In this document: positions 50,613 to 59,681 of the stretch, piece after piece
Position numbering within the stretch: the first letter of the stretch is position 1
How the letters are laid out: each line of letters starts with the position of its first letter
Source of the DNA: a bacterium
GTDB lineage: Bacteria; Patescibacteriota; UBA1384; JAGGWG01
Direction of reading: 5' to 3'
Length of the DNA stretch: 64,000 bases
Assembly: GCA_021157605.1 (NCBI GenBank)
Contig: JAGGWG010000006.1
Coordinates: 2,387 to 66,386 of the forward strand
The notes under the pieces: model-generated
Told to the model about the DNA's origin: nothing
Database searches by the model: none
The model's input: only the letters and a program-made list of their open reading frames with translations
Position numbers and translations under genes: made by a program

Positions 50613-51561
50613 AGACTTCTTTTTTTTTAATACTCAAAGGGAAAAATATAAGTTTGAGCAAAAAGGTTATGATGAAAATTATGCTTAGTATAGCTAACGT
50701 AATTAGAGATAGTGTAAGTGGTAGCCAGGGAATTTTGGCAAGCAAAAAACCTAGATATGCAAGGCTAGCAGGGAATAGTTGCCGGATTAATAACAATATA
50801 CCGAGACAAATTATGATCCATGCTGATAACAGAAAGAATTTGTAAGTCCAGTATGGCCATTTATCCTTCATCAGTTTTTCTCCGCATACAATTTTGGTAG
50901 TTTCCCAAATAACCTCTCCCATTAGCAGTCCTTCTTTAGTTATGAGTATGCCATCGCGTGTGTCTTGACCATTTGCGAATTTGGCAAATCCGCGCATAAC
51001 TAAATTTTTTAGGATTCTATCTCTGCCGATCTTGTCTACTTCTTCCTGTTTGATTTTCATATCGTCTAGTTTTGGAGAATAACTATCTATATCGGCTTGT
51101 TTTAAATTGACTATAAGATTAGAAATTATCTTTTCTTTTGCTTCGGCAGGCAGTCTTTTTTCATCTGGTGGCAACCGGTCTTTGTCATTTCTAAGCTGTT
51201 TTTCTAACTTTCTTATATCTTCCAAAAAAATCAGCCAACTCTTTTCCAATACATCCAAAACAGCCTCGGCAAATTGTTTCTCTTCCTGTGTATCGAGATC
51301 CTGGTTTAGTTTTTCGCGCTGTGCGAGTAGATGGTGTTCGTATTTCTTTTTTCTTGCCTCTATGGTTTTGGCTTTTTCAAAGAGATCAAATTCAAATATA
51401 GGACTGCCCAGATGTTTATGTCCCCAATAAGTCCACCGTAAGATTCTTTTTTCAATAGGCCAAAGGCTTTCTTTTTGGTGGTCTGCTTGGGCATTTAATT
51501 GTTGGAGGGTCTGGAAAAGTTCCAATTTTTTGTAAAATTTAATAGTAAAAGGCAGGTTCAT
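50605..51561 (-). CDS. Hypothetical protein with a soluble charged coiled-coil N-domain and 2-3 C-terminal TM helices
   Basis: 318 aa. The C-terminal segments FFLLSAWIIICLGILLLI and LTLSLITLAILSIIFIITFLL are hydrophobic. It is translationally coupled to the HEPN-motif gene. Confidence 0.4.
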   Translation of the reverse strand: MNLPFTIKFYKKLELFQTLQQLNAQADHQKESLWPIEKRILRWTYWGHKHLGSPIFEFDLFEKAKTIEARKKKYEHHLLAQREKLNQDLDTQEEKQFAEAVLDVLEKSWLIFLEDIRKLEKQLRNDKDRLPPDEKRLPAEAKEKIISNLIVNLKQADIDSYSPKLDDMKIKQEEVDKIGRDRILKNLVMRGFAKFANGQDTRDGILITKEGLLMGEVIWETTKIVCGEKLMKDKWPYWTYKFFLLSAWIIICLGILLLIRQLFPASLAYLGFLLAKIPWLPLTLSLITLAILSIIFIITFLLKLIFFPLSIKKKEVCE

Positions 51562-51684
51562 GCTGTATTTATTTTACTACAAATACTAATCTGTCAAAGT
51601 TAGAGCTAGTTCCGCGTAGCTTTTCCATCTGCTGTTACTTTACAAATCTGCCTCCGAAGTCTGCTATCTCTTTAAAATGTTTGC

Positions 51685-52488
51685 TCAACAATCCTCTCTA
51701 GCTTCCTGGCCCAACAGCCATTTTTCTTTCTTCAGAACTGCCTCGTAGGTTTTTTTGTGCCAATAGAACAGCCTTTTGTCAAGTTCATCTGATATATGAT
51801 AAAAATGAAGATGGGCATACATTTCGGTTAATTTTTTTGCAAAAATCTTTTCCTTAGGTTTAAGCTCTTGAGGTTTTTTCAGCTTCTTCAACCACTGTCG
51901 GGCTTCAACATGCTCCGGCACATTGAGTTTTAGATGTAATACTATATTTTTATACGCATCGCTGCTAAATTTAAATCTCCGGATTTCTTCCAATGTGTTG
52001 TTAAAACTTCGAATTTCTTGATTAAGTCGTGCAAGATATTCATTAATTTTGGGGCCCAGTTTCGCGGTTCCTGGCAATAAAAGTGTTTGTCCAAGCACTG
52101 TATGAACATCAGGATTAAAGATATTATAGAAAGGATTGCCCCACTCTCTCAGCTTGCTGTCCGCTGTTCTTGCCATGTCGTACCGGTGATATCCCCCTTC
52201 TTCATATTTCGTCCAGCTTCCCAGAATCTCTAATTGTTTCTTCAATAGATTAATCGCCTGCATTTTTTCTTCGAAAGTTTTTTTCTCATAAAGGTAAAAA
52301 GCTACCTCCACAGAGAGTCCAGGTATAAGAGCAGGAATAATACCTGAAAGAATATTCTGCAATGAAAAAATATATCCAGTTTTCACCCATCTTGCCCATC
52401 CAAGAGCTAGTATCAAGAGGACTAGGAGTGTGGCAAACCAAAGAGTGGCTGGGTAATTTCTCAATGTTTTCTTCCACAAACTGCACAT
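51685..52488 (-). CDS. Hypothetical protein with two N-terminal TM helices and a soluble C-domain
   Basis: 267 aa. The N-terminus ATLWFATLLVLLILALGW and IIPALIPGLSVEVAFYL is hydrophobic. I recognised no catalytic motif. Confidence 0.4.
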   Translation of the reverse strand: MCSLWKKTLRNYPATLWFATLLVLLILALGWARWVKTGYIFSLQNILSGIIPALIPGLSVEVAFYLYEKKTFEEKMQAINLLKKQLEILGSWTKYEEGGYHRYDMARTADSKLREWGNPFYNIFNPDVHTVLGQTLLLPGTAKLGPKINEYLARLNQEIRSFNNTLEEIRRFKFSSDAYKNIVLHLKLNVPEHVEARQWLKKLKKPQELKPKEKIFAKKLTEMYAHLHFYHISDELDKRLFYWHKKTYEAVLKKEKWLLGQEAREDC

Positions 52489-52584
52489 AGCGACTTTTAG
52501 CTTGCGTTTTTGCTGACAAACCTCTACTGGTAATTCATCTAATCTATCATATCTCTTGGGCCTAGGTCAATAATAGTATTTTTT

Positions 52585-52612
52585 ACAAAAAAGGGGCTCT
52601 GCCGAACCCCTT
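52585..52612 (-). terminator. Rho-independent terminator downstream of hsdR
   Basis: On the minus strand, AAGGGGUUCGGCAGAGCCCCUU forms a hairpin. It is followed by a U-run, which reads as the plus-strand A6 at 52587-52592. Confidence 0.5.
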
Positions 52613-52666
52613 ATTCTTATTCTTATCTTTCTCACTTCATCCTCTCCGCCACCACTTCGGCGAATT

Positions 52667-55663
52667 TTAATCTGAAGAACCAGCATCTTCAAACAAAAAT
52701 TGAGCTTGTTTTAAAGTAACCTGAGCAATGGGCTCAGCCTCCTGTGGCGGAATTCCCGATCGATAAAGAATCCTTTTAATTTTGCCTCTAATCCTAGCAA
52801 GCAACACGTCATTATTCGTCCAATCTACCGCCAGATCTTCTTTAATTGCCTGTACCACTTCCTTTGCTAACCGTCTCAATTCTTTATCCTCTTTTATATA
52901 CTTTTTCCCTTTTGTCAATGCGTCATAAAAAGCTAACTCTTCCTCACTCAAGCCTAATTTTTGCCCCTTTCTCTCTTCTGCTTTTATCTCCTTTGCCAAG
53001 TCAATCAACTTATCAATAGTTTCGGCAGAATCTATAAATTTCTTCTCATATTTCTCAATTACCTCTTCCAATCTTTCTCTAAGAGAGTCATACCGCACTA
53101 TATTTTTCCTTAATCGCGAATTAATTTCATCACTTAGCAATTTTCTTAATACTTGAATCGCCAAATTGGGGTAGGCCATCTGCTTTAGTCTTTTCAAAAA
53201 TTCTTCATCAAAGATCGAAACCTCCGGCTTTTTCTTGCCTTGCATCTCTAAGATATCTATTGGTTTGTCAGCTGCAATGCTCTCGGCAATCAGCTCTTTA
53301 ACTGTAGTTTCTATTTTCTGCTCCACCGTTAGTGGCCGAACAATTACTCTTTTAACAATATTTTTCTTAATCGCCTGAAAGAACTCTACTTCTTTTTGAA
53401 TTTTATCTGCTTCGGGATGGGGCCGAATAAAAGCCCACAATTTAAACAATGCTGTTGCCTCTTTTATAAAACGTTTTTGTTTTTCTTCATCAATTCTCCC
53501 TGTTTCTTCATCAGTAATAACTTTGTTAATCGCCCGCTGAAAGAGTCGAGCCAATTTCCTTCCTGGTAGCTTGTGCCAGCTTTTGTATCTCATCCCAGCA
53601 AAATAAGAACGAACGATATCGTATTTCTCGTGCATTCTCTCAATTAACTCCTCTAGAGGGATCAAGGCTTCTTTGACCTCTTTTTCACTATAGATGTTCA
53701 ATGCTTTCCTCAAATCATCCGCAATCCCAATATAATCAACGATTAAACCTCCCTGCTTATCCTTAAAAACCCTGTTCACTCTCGCAATCGCCTGCATCAA
53801 AGTATGGTTTTTCAAAGGCTTGTCCATATACATTGTGGCCAAGCAAGGCACATCAAACCCCGTCAACCACATATCGCAAACAATCACCATTTTGAGCGGA
53901 TCATCTGGATCCACAAATCTCTCTTTTAGCTGTTCCACATCCAAATCATCCTGAACCTTTCCTTTAAAATCAGTCAACCCGGAAACAGCCACTGCACACT
54001 CTGGAGCCTCAGGGTTTTTAGAAATTAGTTTATACATCTTGACCGCTACTTTTCGACTAATGGTCACCACCATCGCTTTTCCTTCAACTGCCCGATGGTT
54101 GAAATGCCAGACGATATCTCGGGCGATTTTCTCTAGCCGGTCAGGGTCACTGATCAGCTTTTCTAATCTGGAATACCTCTTCTTAAGTTCTTCTTTTGCC
54201 TCTGTATCTAAATTCGCCGTAAGATGGTCAAAATCTTCATCTATAAACTCGTTTGTTAAATGCAAAGGCACAAGTCTTCCTTCGTAATAGATAGGAACGA
54301 CTGCTTTATCTTCCACCGCTCTATCGATAGGATAAACACTAATATAATCTCCAAAAACCAACCTCGTATCTCTATCCCGAAGGCTGATTGGAGTCCCAGT
54401 AAAACCGAGAAAAGAAGCATTGGGCATTGCCTGACGAGCATTGCCTGCAAGTTTTGCGTATTGCGATCGATGAGCTTCGTCAGCAATAACAATTAGATTA
54501 TGCTTCTTAGAGAGAAGAGGGTATTTTTCTTCTTCACGCTCGGTCTCAAATTTTTGAATTGTGGTAAAGATTATGTCTCCACTTGCTCTTTTAAGTCTCT
54601 CTCGTAAATCTCTGATTGACTTTGCCTGTTTAGGAAAGAGGCCACACCTTTTAAACTTCTTAAAAAGTTGGTTGTCAAGATCGTTTCTGTCAGTCAAAAA
54701 TACAAAAGCTGGATTTTTAAGTTCTTTAAGTTGTCGTACTTTGTTCACATAAAAAATCATTGAAATAGATTTTCCCGAGCCTTGCGTGTGCCAAAAAACT
54801 CCAATGCGACCATCTCCTTTAGGCTTAACTTTTGTCTTTGTGGCTTCAATCGCTTTGTTCACCCCAAAGTATTGGTGATAAAGGGGCATCTTTTTGACAA
54901 AAGTGCTCCCTTCTTTCTCAAAAATGATGAAATTTTGAACGATATCTAAAAAACGAGCCTTGTGGAAAATGCCTTTAATCAAAACCTCAAGTTGGTTCAC
55001 TCCTTTTGTTTTTTCGTTTTCATTCTCAATTTTTTTCCAAACCGAGAACCATTCGCGGGTAGAACTAATTGTACCGTGCTTAGCTTCTAAAAGATCAGAA
55101 ATAACAATGACTTGATTGTATTTAAAGATATCGGGGATATCTTTTTTGTAACCTTTCATCACTTGATCGTAAGCATCATCGATTGTGGCATTTTCTGTAG
55201 CCGGGTTTTTGAATTCAAAAAGAGCCAAAGGCAAACCATTTACAAAGACTATGAGATCGGGCCGCCTTACTTTTTCTGTGCCTTGAACGGAAAATTGGTT
55301 AACGATTAAAAAGTCATTTCGCTCCGGCTGCTCAAAATCAATTAGCTTAACATAATCCCATTTTTCTTCGTCAATCTTGAGCGGTACACCCTGAATAAGC
55401 AGTCGGTAAAAGTTCTTGTTAGCAATTATAAGGTCCGGATGTTCGATTCGTTGAATTTCCTCAATCGTTTCTTCTATTGCTGCTTGAGGAATTCCCGGAT
55501 TCAAATTTACCAAAGCCTCTTTGAGCCTTCTTTCTAAAATTACCTGGCGATAATCTCTTCGTTCCAATACCAAATCTTTTGGACCAAAGGCATAATCATA
55601 CCCAAGGCTTTTAAACCACTCAATTGCTGGTTGTTCTGTTAGGGTTTGTTCGATTAGTTTCAT
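52667..55663 (-). CDS. hsdR: Type I restriction enzyme R subunit
   Basis: 998 aa. It has an N-terminal PD-(D/E)XK region, an SF2 helicase motif I (FWHTQGSGKS) and motif II VIADEAHRSQ. The C-terminal half is helical. Confidence 0.9.
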   Translation of the reverse strand: MKLIEQTLTEQPAIEWFKSLGYDYAFGPKDLVLERRDYRQVILERRLKEALVNLNPGIPQAAIEETIEEIQRIEHPDLIIANKNFYRLLIQGVPLKIDEEKWDYVKLIDFEQPERNDFLIVNQFSVQGTEKVRRPDLIVFVNGLPLALFEFKNPATENATIDDAYDQVMKGYKKDIPDIFKYNQVIVISDLLEAKHGTISSTREWFSVWKKIENENEKTKGVNQLEVLIKGIFHKARFLDIVQNFIIFEKEGSTFVKKMPLYHQYFGVNKAIEATKTKVKPKGDGRIGVFWHTQGSGKSISMIFYVNKVRQLKELKNPAFVFLTDRNDLDNQLFKKFKRCGLFPKQAKSIRDLRERLKRASGDIIFTTIQKFETEREEEKYPLLSKKHNLIVIADEAHRSQYAKLAGNARQAMPNASFLGFTGTPISLRDRDTRLVFGDYISVYPIDRAVEDKAVVPIYYEGRLVPLHLTNEFIDEDFDHLTANLDTEAKEELKKRYSRLEKLISDPDRLEKIARDIVWHFNHRAVEGKAMVVTISRKVAVKMYKLISKNPEAPECAVAVSGLTDFKGKVQDDLDVEQLKERFVDPDDPLKMVIVCDMWLTGFDVPCLATMYMDKPLKNHTLMQAIARVNRVFKDKQGGLIVDYIGIADDLRKALNIYSEKEVKEALIPLEELIERMHEKYDIVRSYFAGMRYKSWHKLPGRKLARLFQRAINKVITDEETGRIDEEKQKRFIKEATALFKLWAFIRPHPEADKIQKEVEFFQAIKKNIVKRVIVRPLTVEQKIETTVKELIAESIAADKPIDILEMQGKKKPEVSIFDEEFLKRLKQMAYPNLAIQVLRKLLSDEINSRLRKNIVRYDSLRERLEEVIEKYEKKFIDSAETIDKLIDLAKEIKAEERKGQKLGLSEEELAFYDALTKGKKYIKEDKELRRLAKEVVQAIKEDLAVDWTNNDVLLARIRGKIKRILYRSGIPPQEAEPIAQVTLKQAQFLFEDAGSSD

Positions 55664-55672
55664 TTTGCCTCA

Positions 55673-56911
55673 TTAGAAAAAATAAAAATACATCCCACTA
55701 ATCCAACACCTCTTTTGCCCTTCAAAATCTGGGCCGCAAAAAGGAAGGGTTCGAGAAGTGCTGTCATTCAAAAGAAAGGGTTTGGTAGGATAACGTAGTC
55801 CCGTCCCAATATTAGCCTCATTTTTGTAAACATTTGCTATATCATCACAGATCACCGCTAAAAAAGAAGCGAAGACAGTGTCATTATGAATCATTTTGTT
55901 TTTTTGGAAAATCTCAAAAAAAGTCTCTCCCTTTTCATTCTTTAAAAATTTCGACGCTTCAACACAAATGGTCACTCTGAAATCAGCTTGAAAATCTGCT
56001 TGCAATTGCTGCTGATACACAATGTTTGCTTTTCTCAAAATGGTTTTTAAAAGTCGGGGAGACATTGTTTGGGGAAATTCTTGAAAAAGGGCCATAAAGA
56101 AAGAAGCAAGTTGATCTTTGGCGGGCTTATATTCTTCATTTTCTAAAAAATCAGGATCAAAAATTTGTTCGATAAACTCTTCAAAATGTGAGATTTTGGG
56201 GTAGAAAAACTCTGCGTAGTCCAAAAACTTTAAATATCTCTGGGTCTCTTTCTGGAAGTTTTCACTACCTATGAGAGCAATGACTATAAATTTCTTTTTT
56301 AGATTTTCTCTGCACAAAATGTTTCTGATAAAGTAACTAAGAGTTTCGAGGAAAAAGAGTCCTTCTTCTCCTGAACGATCAGCATCTTCTATTATCAAAA
56401 AGAAATCTTGCCGCTTCAAAAGTTTCTTCGACCCTTCTAGGAACAACTTTTGAAATTCAACCATAGCTTCCGGGGGGAGTTCGCGAAACAGATCCAATAG
56501 TCCAGTTAATCCACCAAGACGGGCAGAAGACAAAATGGCTTTAAAAAGTTCAATAGCGAAATTTCGGCCACTTTTCCCTTTCATCTTCTTTTCCAAAAAA
56601 GATAACTCCGAAGTCTGTTGAACCATCTCTAACAACAGCCCCTCCCATAAAAGTTTTCTGTTGGGATAACTCCAAGCCTCAAACTTTATCCATTTTTCCT
56701 TTTTCGACCTTTTTCTTTTGTCCATTATTTGGTACAACATTGTGCTCTTACCTATACCATAAGGACCAATAAGACCTACTAGAGCTGGCTTATCGATTGA
56801 AGACAATTTTTGCTCAAAGGATCTGATATATTCTGAAAAATTTAAAAGATCCGGCACCTCGGGTGTCTCTTGAAGCAGTTTCAAGTTTTTAATAAAACCT
56901 TTTGTCTTCAT
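55673..56911 (-). CDS. KAP-family P-loop NTPase embedded between hsdS and hsdR
   Basis: It has the Walker A motif LIGPYGIGKST, the KAP-typical FEAWSYPNRKLLWEGLL and the Walker B motif FFLIIEDADRS. It starts 2 nt after the hsdS stop and stops 9 nt before hsdR. Confidence 0.6.
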   Translation of the reverse strand: MKTKGFIKNLKLLQETPEVPDLLNFSEYIRSFEQKLSSIDKPALVGLIGPYGIGKSTMLYQIMDKRKRSKKEKWIKFEAWSYPNRKLLWEGLLLEMVQQTSELSFLEKKMKGKSGRNFAIELFKAILSSARLGGLTGLLDLFRELPPEAMVEFQKLFLEGSKKLLKRQDFFLIIEDADRSGEEGLFFLETLSYFIRNILCRENLKKKFIVIALIGSENFQKETQRYLKFLDYAEFFYPKISHFEEFIEQIFDPDFLENEEYKPAKDQLASFFMALFQEFPQTMSPRLLKTILRKANIVYQQQLQADFQADFRVTICVEASKFLKNEKGETFFEIFQKNKMIHNDTVFASFLAVICDDIANVYKNEANIGTGLRYPTKPFLLNDSTSRTLPFCGPDFEGQKRCWISGMYFYFF

Positions 56912-56913
56912 GG

Positions 56914-58137
56914 CTATACCCTTATTTCCCCACTCATTAATTTAGGCAAAAGTAAATCGCGAAGAGACGATAAAAGTTGGTTTTCTTTTACATTCCGGAT
57001 AAGTTGTTTATAAAGGGGGAAGCACATTTTTTCGAAATGATTAAGCAGCTTCTTTGGAGGGAGAACAAAAGGCATTCTGCAAAGATCATCCCATTTTACC
57101 ACAGGCATCTTGGTCCCCGATGCGCATTTGGAAGCGAATTCTATTGTAGAAGCAGAGAATAAGAGAGAAATTGAAAATGAATATAACTCTCGCTTTCTAG
57201 GATAAATCACAAAAACTGATTGATTTGTGACACCATCGAAAGGTGCTATAACTACCTTGTGAAAATAAGGCCTTACGGCTCCGAAAAGAATATCCCCTTT
57301 GTAAAATCTAAATGCCGATGTCTTAATCTCTGCACCCTTACCAAAAGTGGAAACACTCAGACTTCGCCGAGGAAACCTCCCTAGATCAAGTAACTTTTCT
57401 CTCTTCCACTCCTCAAAGGTTTTAATTCTCTCCCTCCGTCGCTCTACGATCTCTCCCAACCTCTCTACTCTCCATCCTTCCGGAATTTTGCCTAATTCGC
57501 TGTCAACAAATTTCACTTTTTCCCAACCCGGGAATCTAAATTTCACAAACCACTCTTCAAAAATCGCCTGCGCCATTTCCTCCAGTGTCTGGTTAATCTT
57601 GTTGTTGAGCTCAATCTTCTCATCAAAAGCAGAAAGAATATCCGCAATGCGCTTTTGTTCGTTGAGGTCTTGGGGGATTGTTATTTCAAAGTTCTCAAAT
57701 TTGGATTTAGAAATATTCGTGTATACCGACCCACTATATTTTAACAATCGAGGTTTCACGTATTTAAAACAGTAATAAAGGAATTCGGGTAGAATTTTAT
57801 CTATATCGCAAATTACAGAATTGATTTGTTGATTAGTAAAGCTTTCCCTGCATGTTATTCCGACTTCTCCTACAGTAGCCAAACACGAAACCACAACAGC
57901 TTTGGGTGGCAACTTTAAATTTCTCATCGATTGTGCCCCTTTTTCTGAAAGAGTTCGCTCTGTTTTCTCTATGTAGCGCTGATTTTTTAGATCGGGAATG
58001 GTAATAAATGGGTAACGACCGCCGAAATTTCTTGGATCAGTAGTAGAAGGAGTTTTGCCTGTTATAACCTTCCCGATTTCTTTAATTTTCACGCTTTTCC
58101 ATTTTTTACTCTTGGAAAACATCTTTTCGTCCTCCAT
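56914..58137 (-). CDS. hsdS: Type I restriction-modification specificity subunit
   Basis: It has two target-recognition domains separated by conserved helical spacers (e.g. the IFEEWFVKFRFPGW and LRDLLLPKLMSGEI repeats). An alternative start at the MFSK codon (58122) has a better GGAGGA Shine-Dalgarno sequence. Confidence 0.85.
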   Translation of the reverse strand: MEDEKMFSKSKKWKSVKIKEIGKVITGKTPSTTDPRNFGGRYPFITIPDLKNQRYIEKTERTLSEKGAQSMRNLKLPPKAVVVSCLATVGEVGITCRESFTNQQINSVICDIDKILPEFLYYCFKYVKPRLLKYSGSVYTNISKSKFENFEITIPQDLNEQKRIADILSAFDEKIELNNKINQTLEEMAQAIFEEWFVKFRFPGWEKVKFVDSELGKIPEGWRVERLGEIVERRRERIKTFEEWKREKLLDLGRFPRRSLSVSTFGKGAEIKTSAFRFYKGDILFGAVRPYFHKVVIAPFDGVTNQSVFVIYPRKRELYSFSISLLFSASTIEFASKCASGTKMPVVKWDDLCRMPFVLPPKKLLNHFEKMCFPLYKQLIRNVKENQLLSSLRDLLLPKLMSGEIRV

Positions 58138-58169
58138 TTTTAATTTTTAACTTTATCCTCCACCAATTT

Positions 58170-59075
58170 TTATTTAAAAAGCTCCTCCAAGAAAATCCTA
58201 ATTTTAACTGCTGCACCTTCCACGTCTGACAATTGAATATTGATCGAGTATGAATGTTGAGCACTATCAATTAAAATTTTGTAATTCATTACCTCTTTGT
58301 AAATTCTTTTGTTGGAAAGCAACCTTTCCGCTTTCCCCAAGAGATTTTTTGTCTCTAAATACTGCCCCTTTTCATCTTTGACTTCTGACTCTTTGTTTAT
58401 TTGCTGGAACTTCCTCACAATAGAAAGAGGCAAAATTCTTCTTAAAATTAATATAGATGCTATTGGTCTTTTGTTGGCGAAATTAAAATTAAAATCATCA
58501 CACAATATTTTCAAATCTGGAGGTAGCTTTTTCACCAAGCTGTTTGGAAATAAATCTTTCTCAGTTCGACTGCTTCTTATTGTTGGTTTATCTTTAGTTT
58601 TGCTAATCGTCCAATCAAGAAGCTTATCACGCACAGCCTCTAAAACTGAAACTATCTGGCTTTGAGGGAAAAACATTGCAAACTCTGTCCGCATCTTAAC
58701 TGCTTGTGCAAGCATTTCTTGCATGGGTGGTGGATATTTAATTTGCAAGTAGTCTTCACTTTTATCAAGCAGGTTCTCAAGTTCGGGAATTGACTCAAAG
58801 ATGTGTTGTCGAGAAAGCAAATCTTGAGTTTTGTCGTCTTTGGGAAACATCACGGGTATCCATCGACCCAAAACAGGATTAAGTGCCTTGGGCTCACCTC
58901 TTATCAACCTATAGCTAGGTGGTTTGCCTGAACTGTAACCATTCATTTCGCGATCAATCCATTTTAAAAATTCTTTATCGCCCAATTCACTCGCCAGGAT
59001 CTTTGCCTTCCTTAATAACTCCGAAACTTTTGCTTCAGATTTAATGATCTCGTTTTTAAATTCCTGGATATCCAT
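58170..59075 (-). CDS. Hypothetical ~300-aa protein embedded between hsdM and hsdS (possibly Abi-like)
   Basis: I prefer the MDIQEF start at 59075 with a GAGGG Shine-Dalgarno sequence. The track starts at 59117 and would overlap the upstream gene by 32 nt. The N-terminal segment LKWIDREMNGY resembles abortive-infection (AbiTii-like) N-domains, but this is unverified. Confidence 0.4.
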   Translation of the reverse strand: MDIQEFKNEIIKSEAKVSELLRKAKILASELGDKEFLKWIDREMNGYSSGKPPSYRLIRGEPKALNPVLGRWIPVMFPKDDKTQDLLSRQHIFESIPELENLLDKSEDYLQIKYPPPMQEMLAQAVKMRTEFAMFFPQSQIVSVLEAVRDKLLDWTISKTKDKPTIRSSRTEKDLFPNSLVKKLPPDLKILCDDFNFNFANKRPIASILILRRILPLSIVRKFQQINKESEVKDEKGQYLETKNLLGKAERLLSNKRIYKEVMNYKILIDSAQHSYSINIQLSDVEGAAVKIRIFLEELFK

Positions 59076-59085
59076 ACTTCCCTCT

Positions 59086-59379
59086 TTATCTGATAACGAA
59101 AAATTTATAAATCTCAAAAAGCAAACTTGCTATAGCAATTAGCATTCCAATGCCCGCTATGATAACACCAGCTAAAGTGATTTTATTTAAGGCTTTTGTT
59201 AACTTCTCTGAAGAGGCGGTGGCCTTCTCGATATTCGAATTAAGGTTTTTTAGCTCTTCCTTAATCCTTCCCACTGTACGAAAAAAGCCTGAAGGCCAAG
59301 GTCTCACAGAGAAATAGGAAGTCAAAGTGTCCAAAAATTTCCGGATTTTTTCATAATCTTCTTCCTTAAATCTCATCAT
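59086..59379 (-). CDS. Small tail-anchored membrane protein (97 aa)
   Basis: It has a soluble helical N-terminus and a single C-terminal TM (ITLAGVIIAGIGMLIAIASLLF). There is a 4-nt ATGA overlap with the GIY-YIG stop. Confidence 0.35.
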   Translation of the reverse strand: MMRFKEEDYEKIRKFLDTLTSYFSVRPWPSGFFRTVGRIKEELKNLNSNIEKATASSEKLTKALNKITLAGVIIAGIGMLIAIASLLFEIYKFFVIR

Positions 59380-59681
59380 TTTCCTTTCTGTTCTTTATTA
59401 AATGGCGGTTTTCTTCTCCTAACAAGAAAAGTCTCTAGCCTTTTGGCTTCTTCTACAGAGTTAGTAAGAATCACTCCAAACTTTACCGCTTGCTGTTTCT
59501 GCTCTCGAATCTCCCGCACACTTTCCAAAATTCTTTTTGGCAAACGTCCTCTTTTCGCTCGCCCCACTTTTTGAAGTCGACCAGAACGAGTGAAGATCCC
59601 GTATACCCCCGGCTTGTCTTTGGGCAATTGTTTGAGAGTGACTTTGGTGATCTTTTTGATTGAAACAAATTTTTTACGCAT
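59376..59681 (-). CDS. Small stand-alone GIY-YIG nuclease domain protein (YhbQ-like, 101 aa)
   Basis: It has KPGVYGIF...GRLQKVGRAKRGRL...ILESVREI...VILTNSVEEAKRLETFLVRRRKPPFN. This places the GIY / Y(K)VG / Arg / Glu / Asn catalytic pattern in order. It overlaps the hsdM stop by 8 nt and has a GGGAG Shine-Dalgarno sequence. Confidence 0.6.
   Translation of the reverse strand: MRKKFVSIKKITKVTLKQLPKDKPGVYGIFTRSGRLQKVGRAKRGRLPKRILESVREIREQKQQAVKFGVILTNSVEEAKRLETFLVRRRKPPFNKEQKGK

Noticed and set aside
55673-56911. Calling the hsdS-hsdR insert PrrC/RloC anticodon nuclease
   Set aside because: The position matches prrC. However, the FEAW...LW segment after the Walker A is the KAP-family pattern rather than the ABC-ATPase-like PrrC N-domain, and no PrrC-type C-terminal nuclease motif was recognisable. 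I kept it as a positional analogy only.
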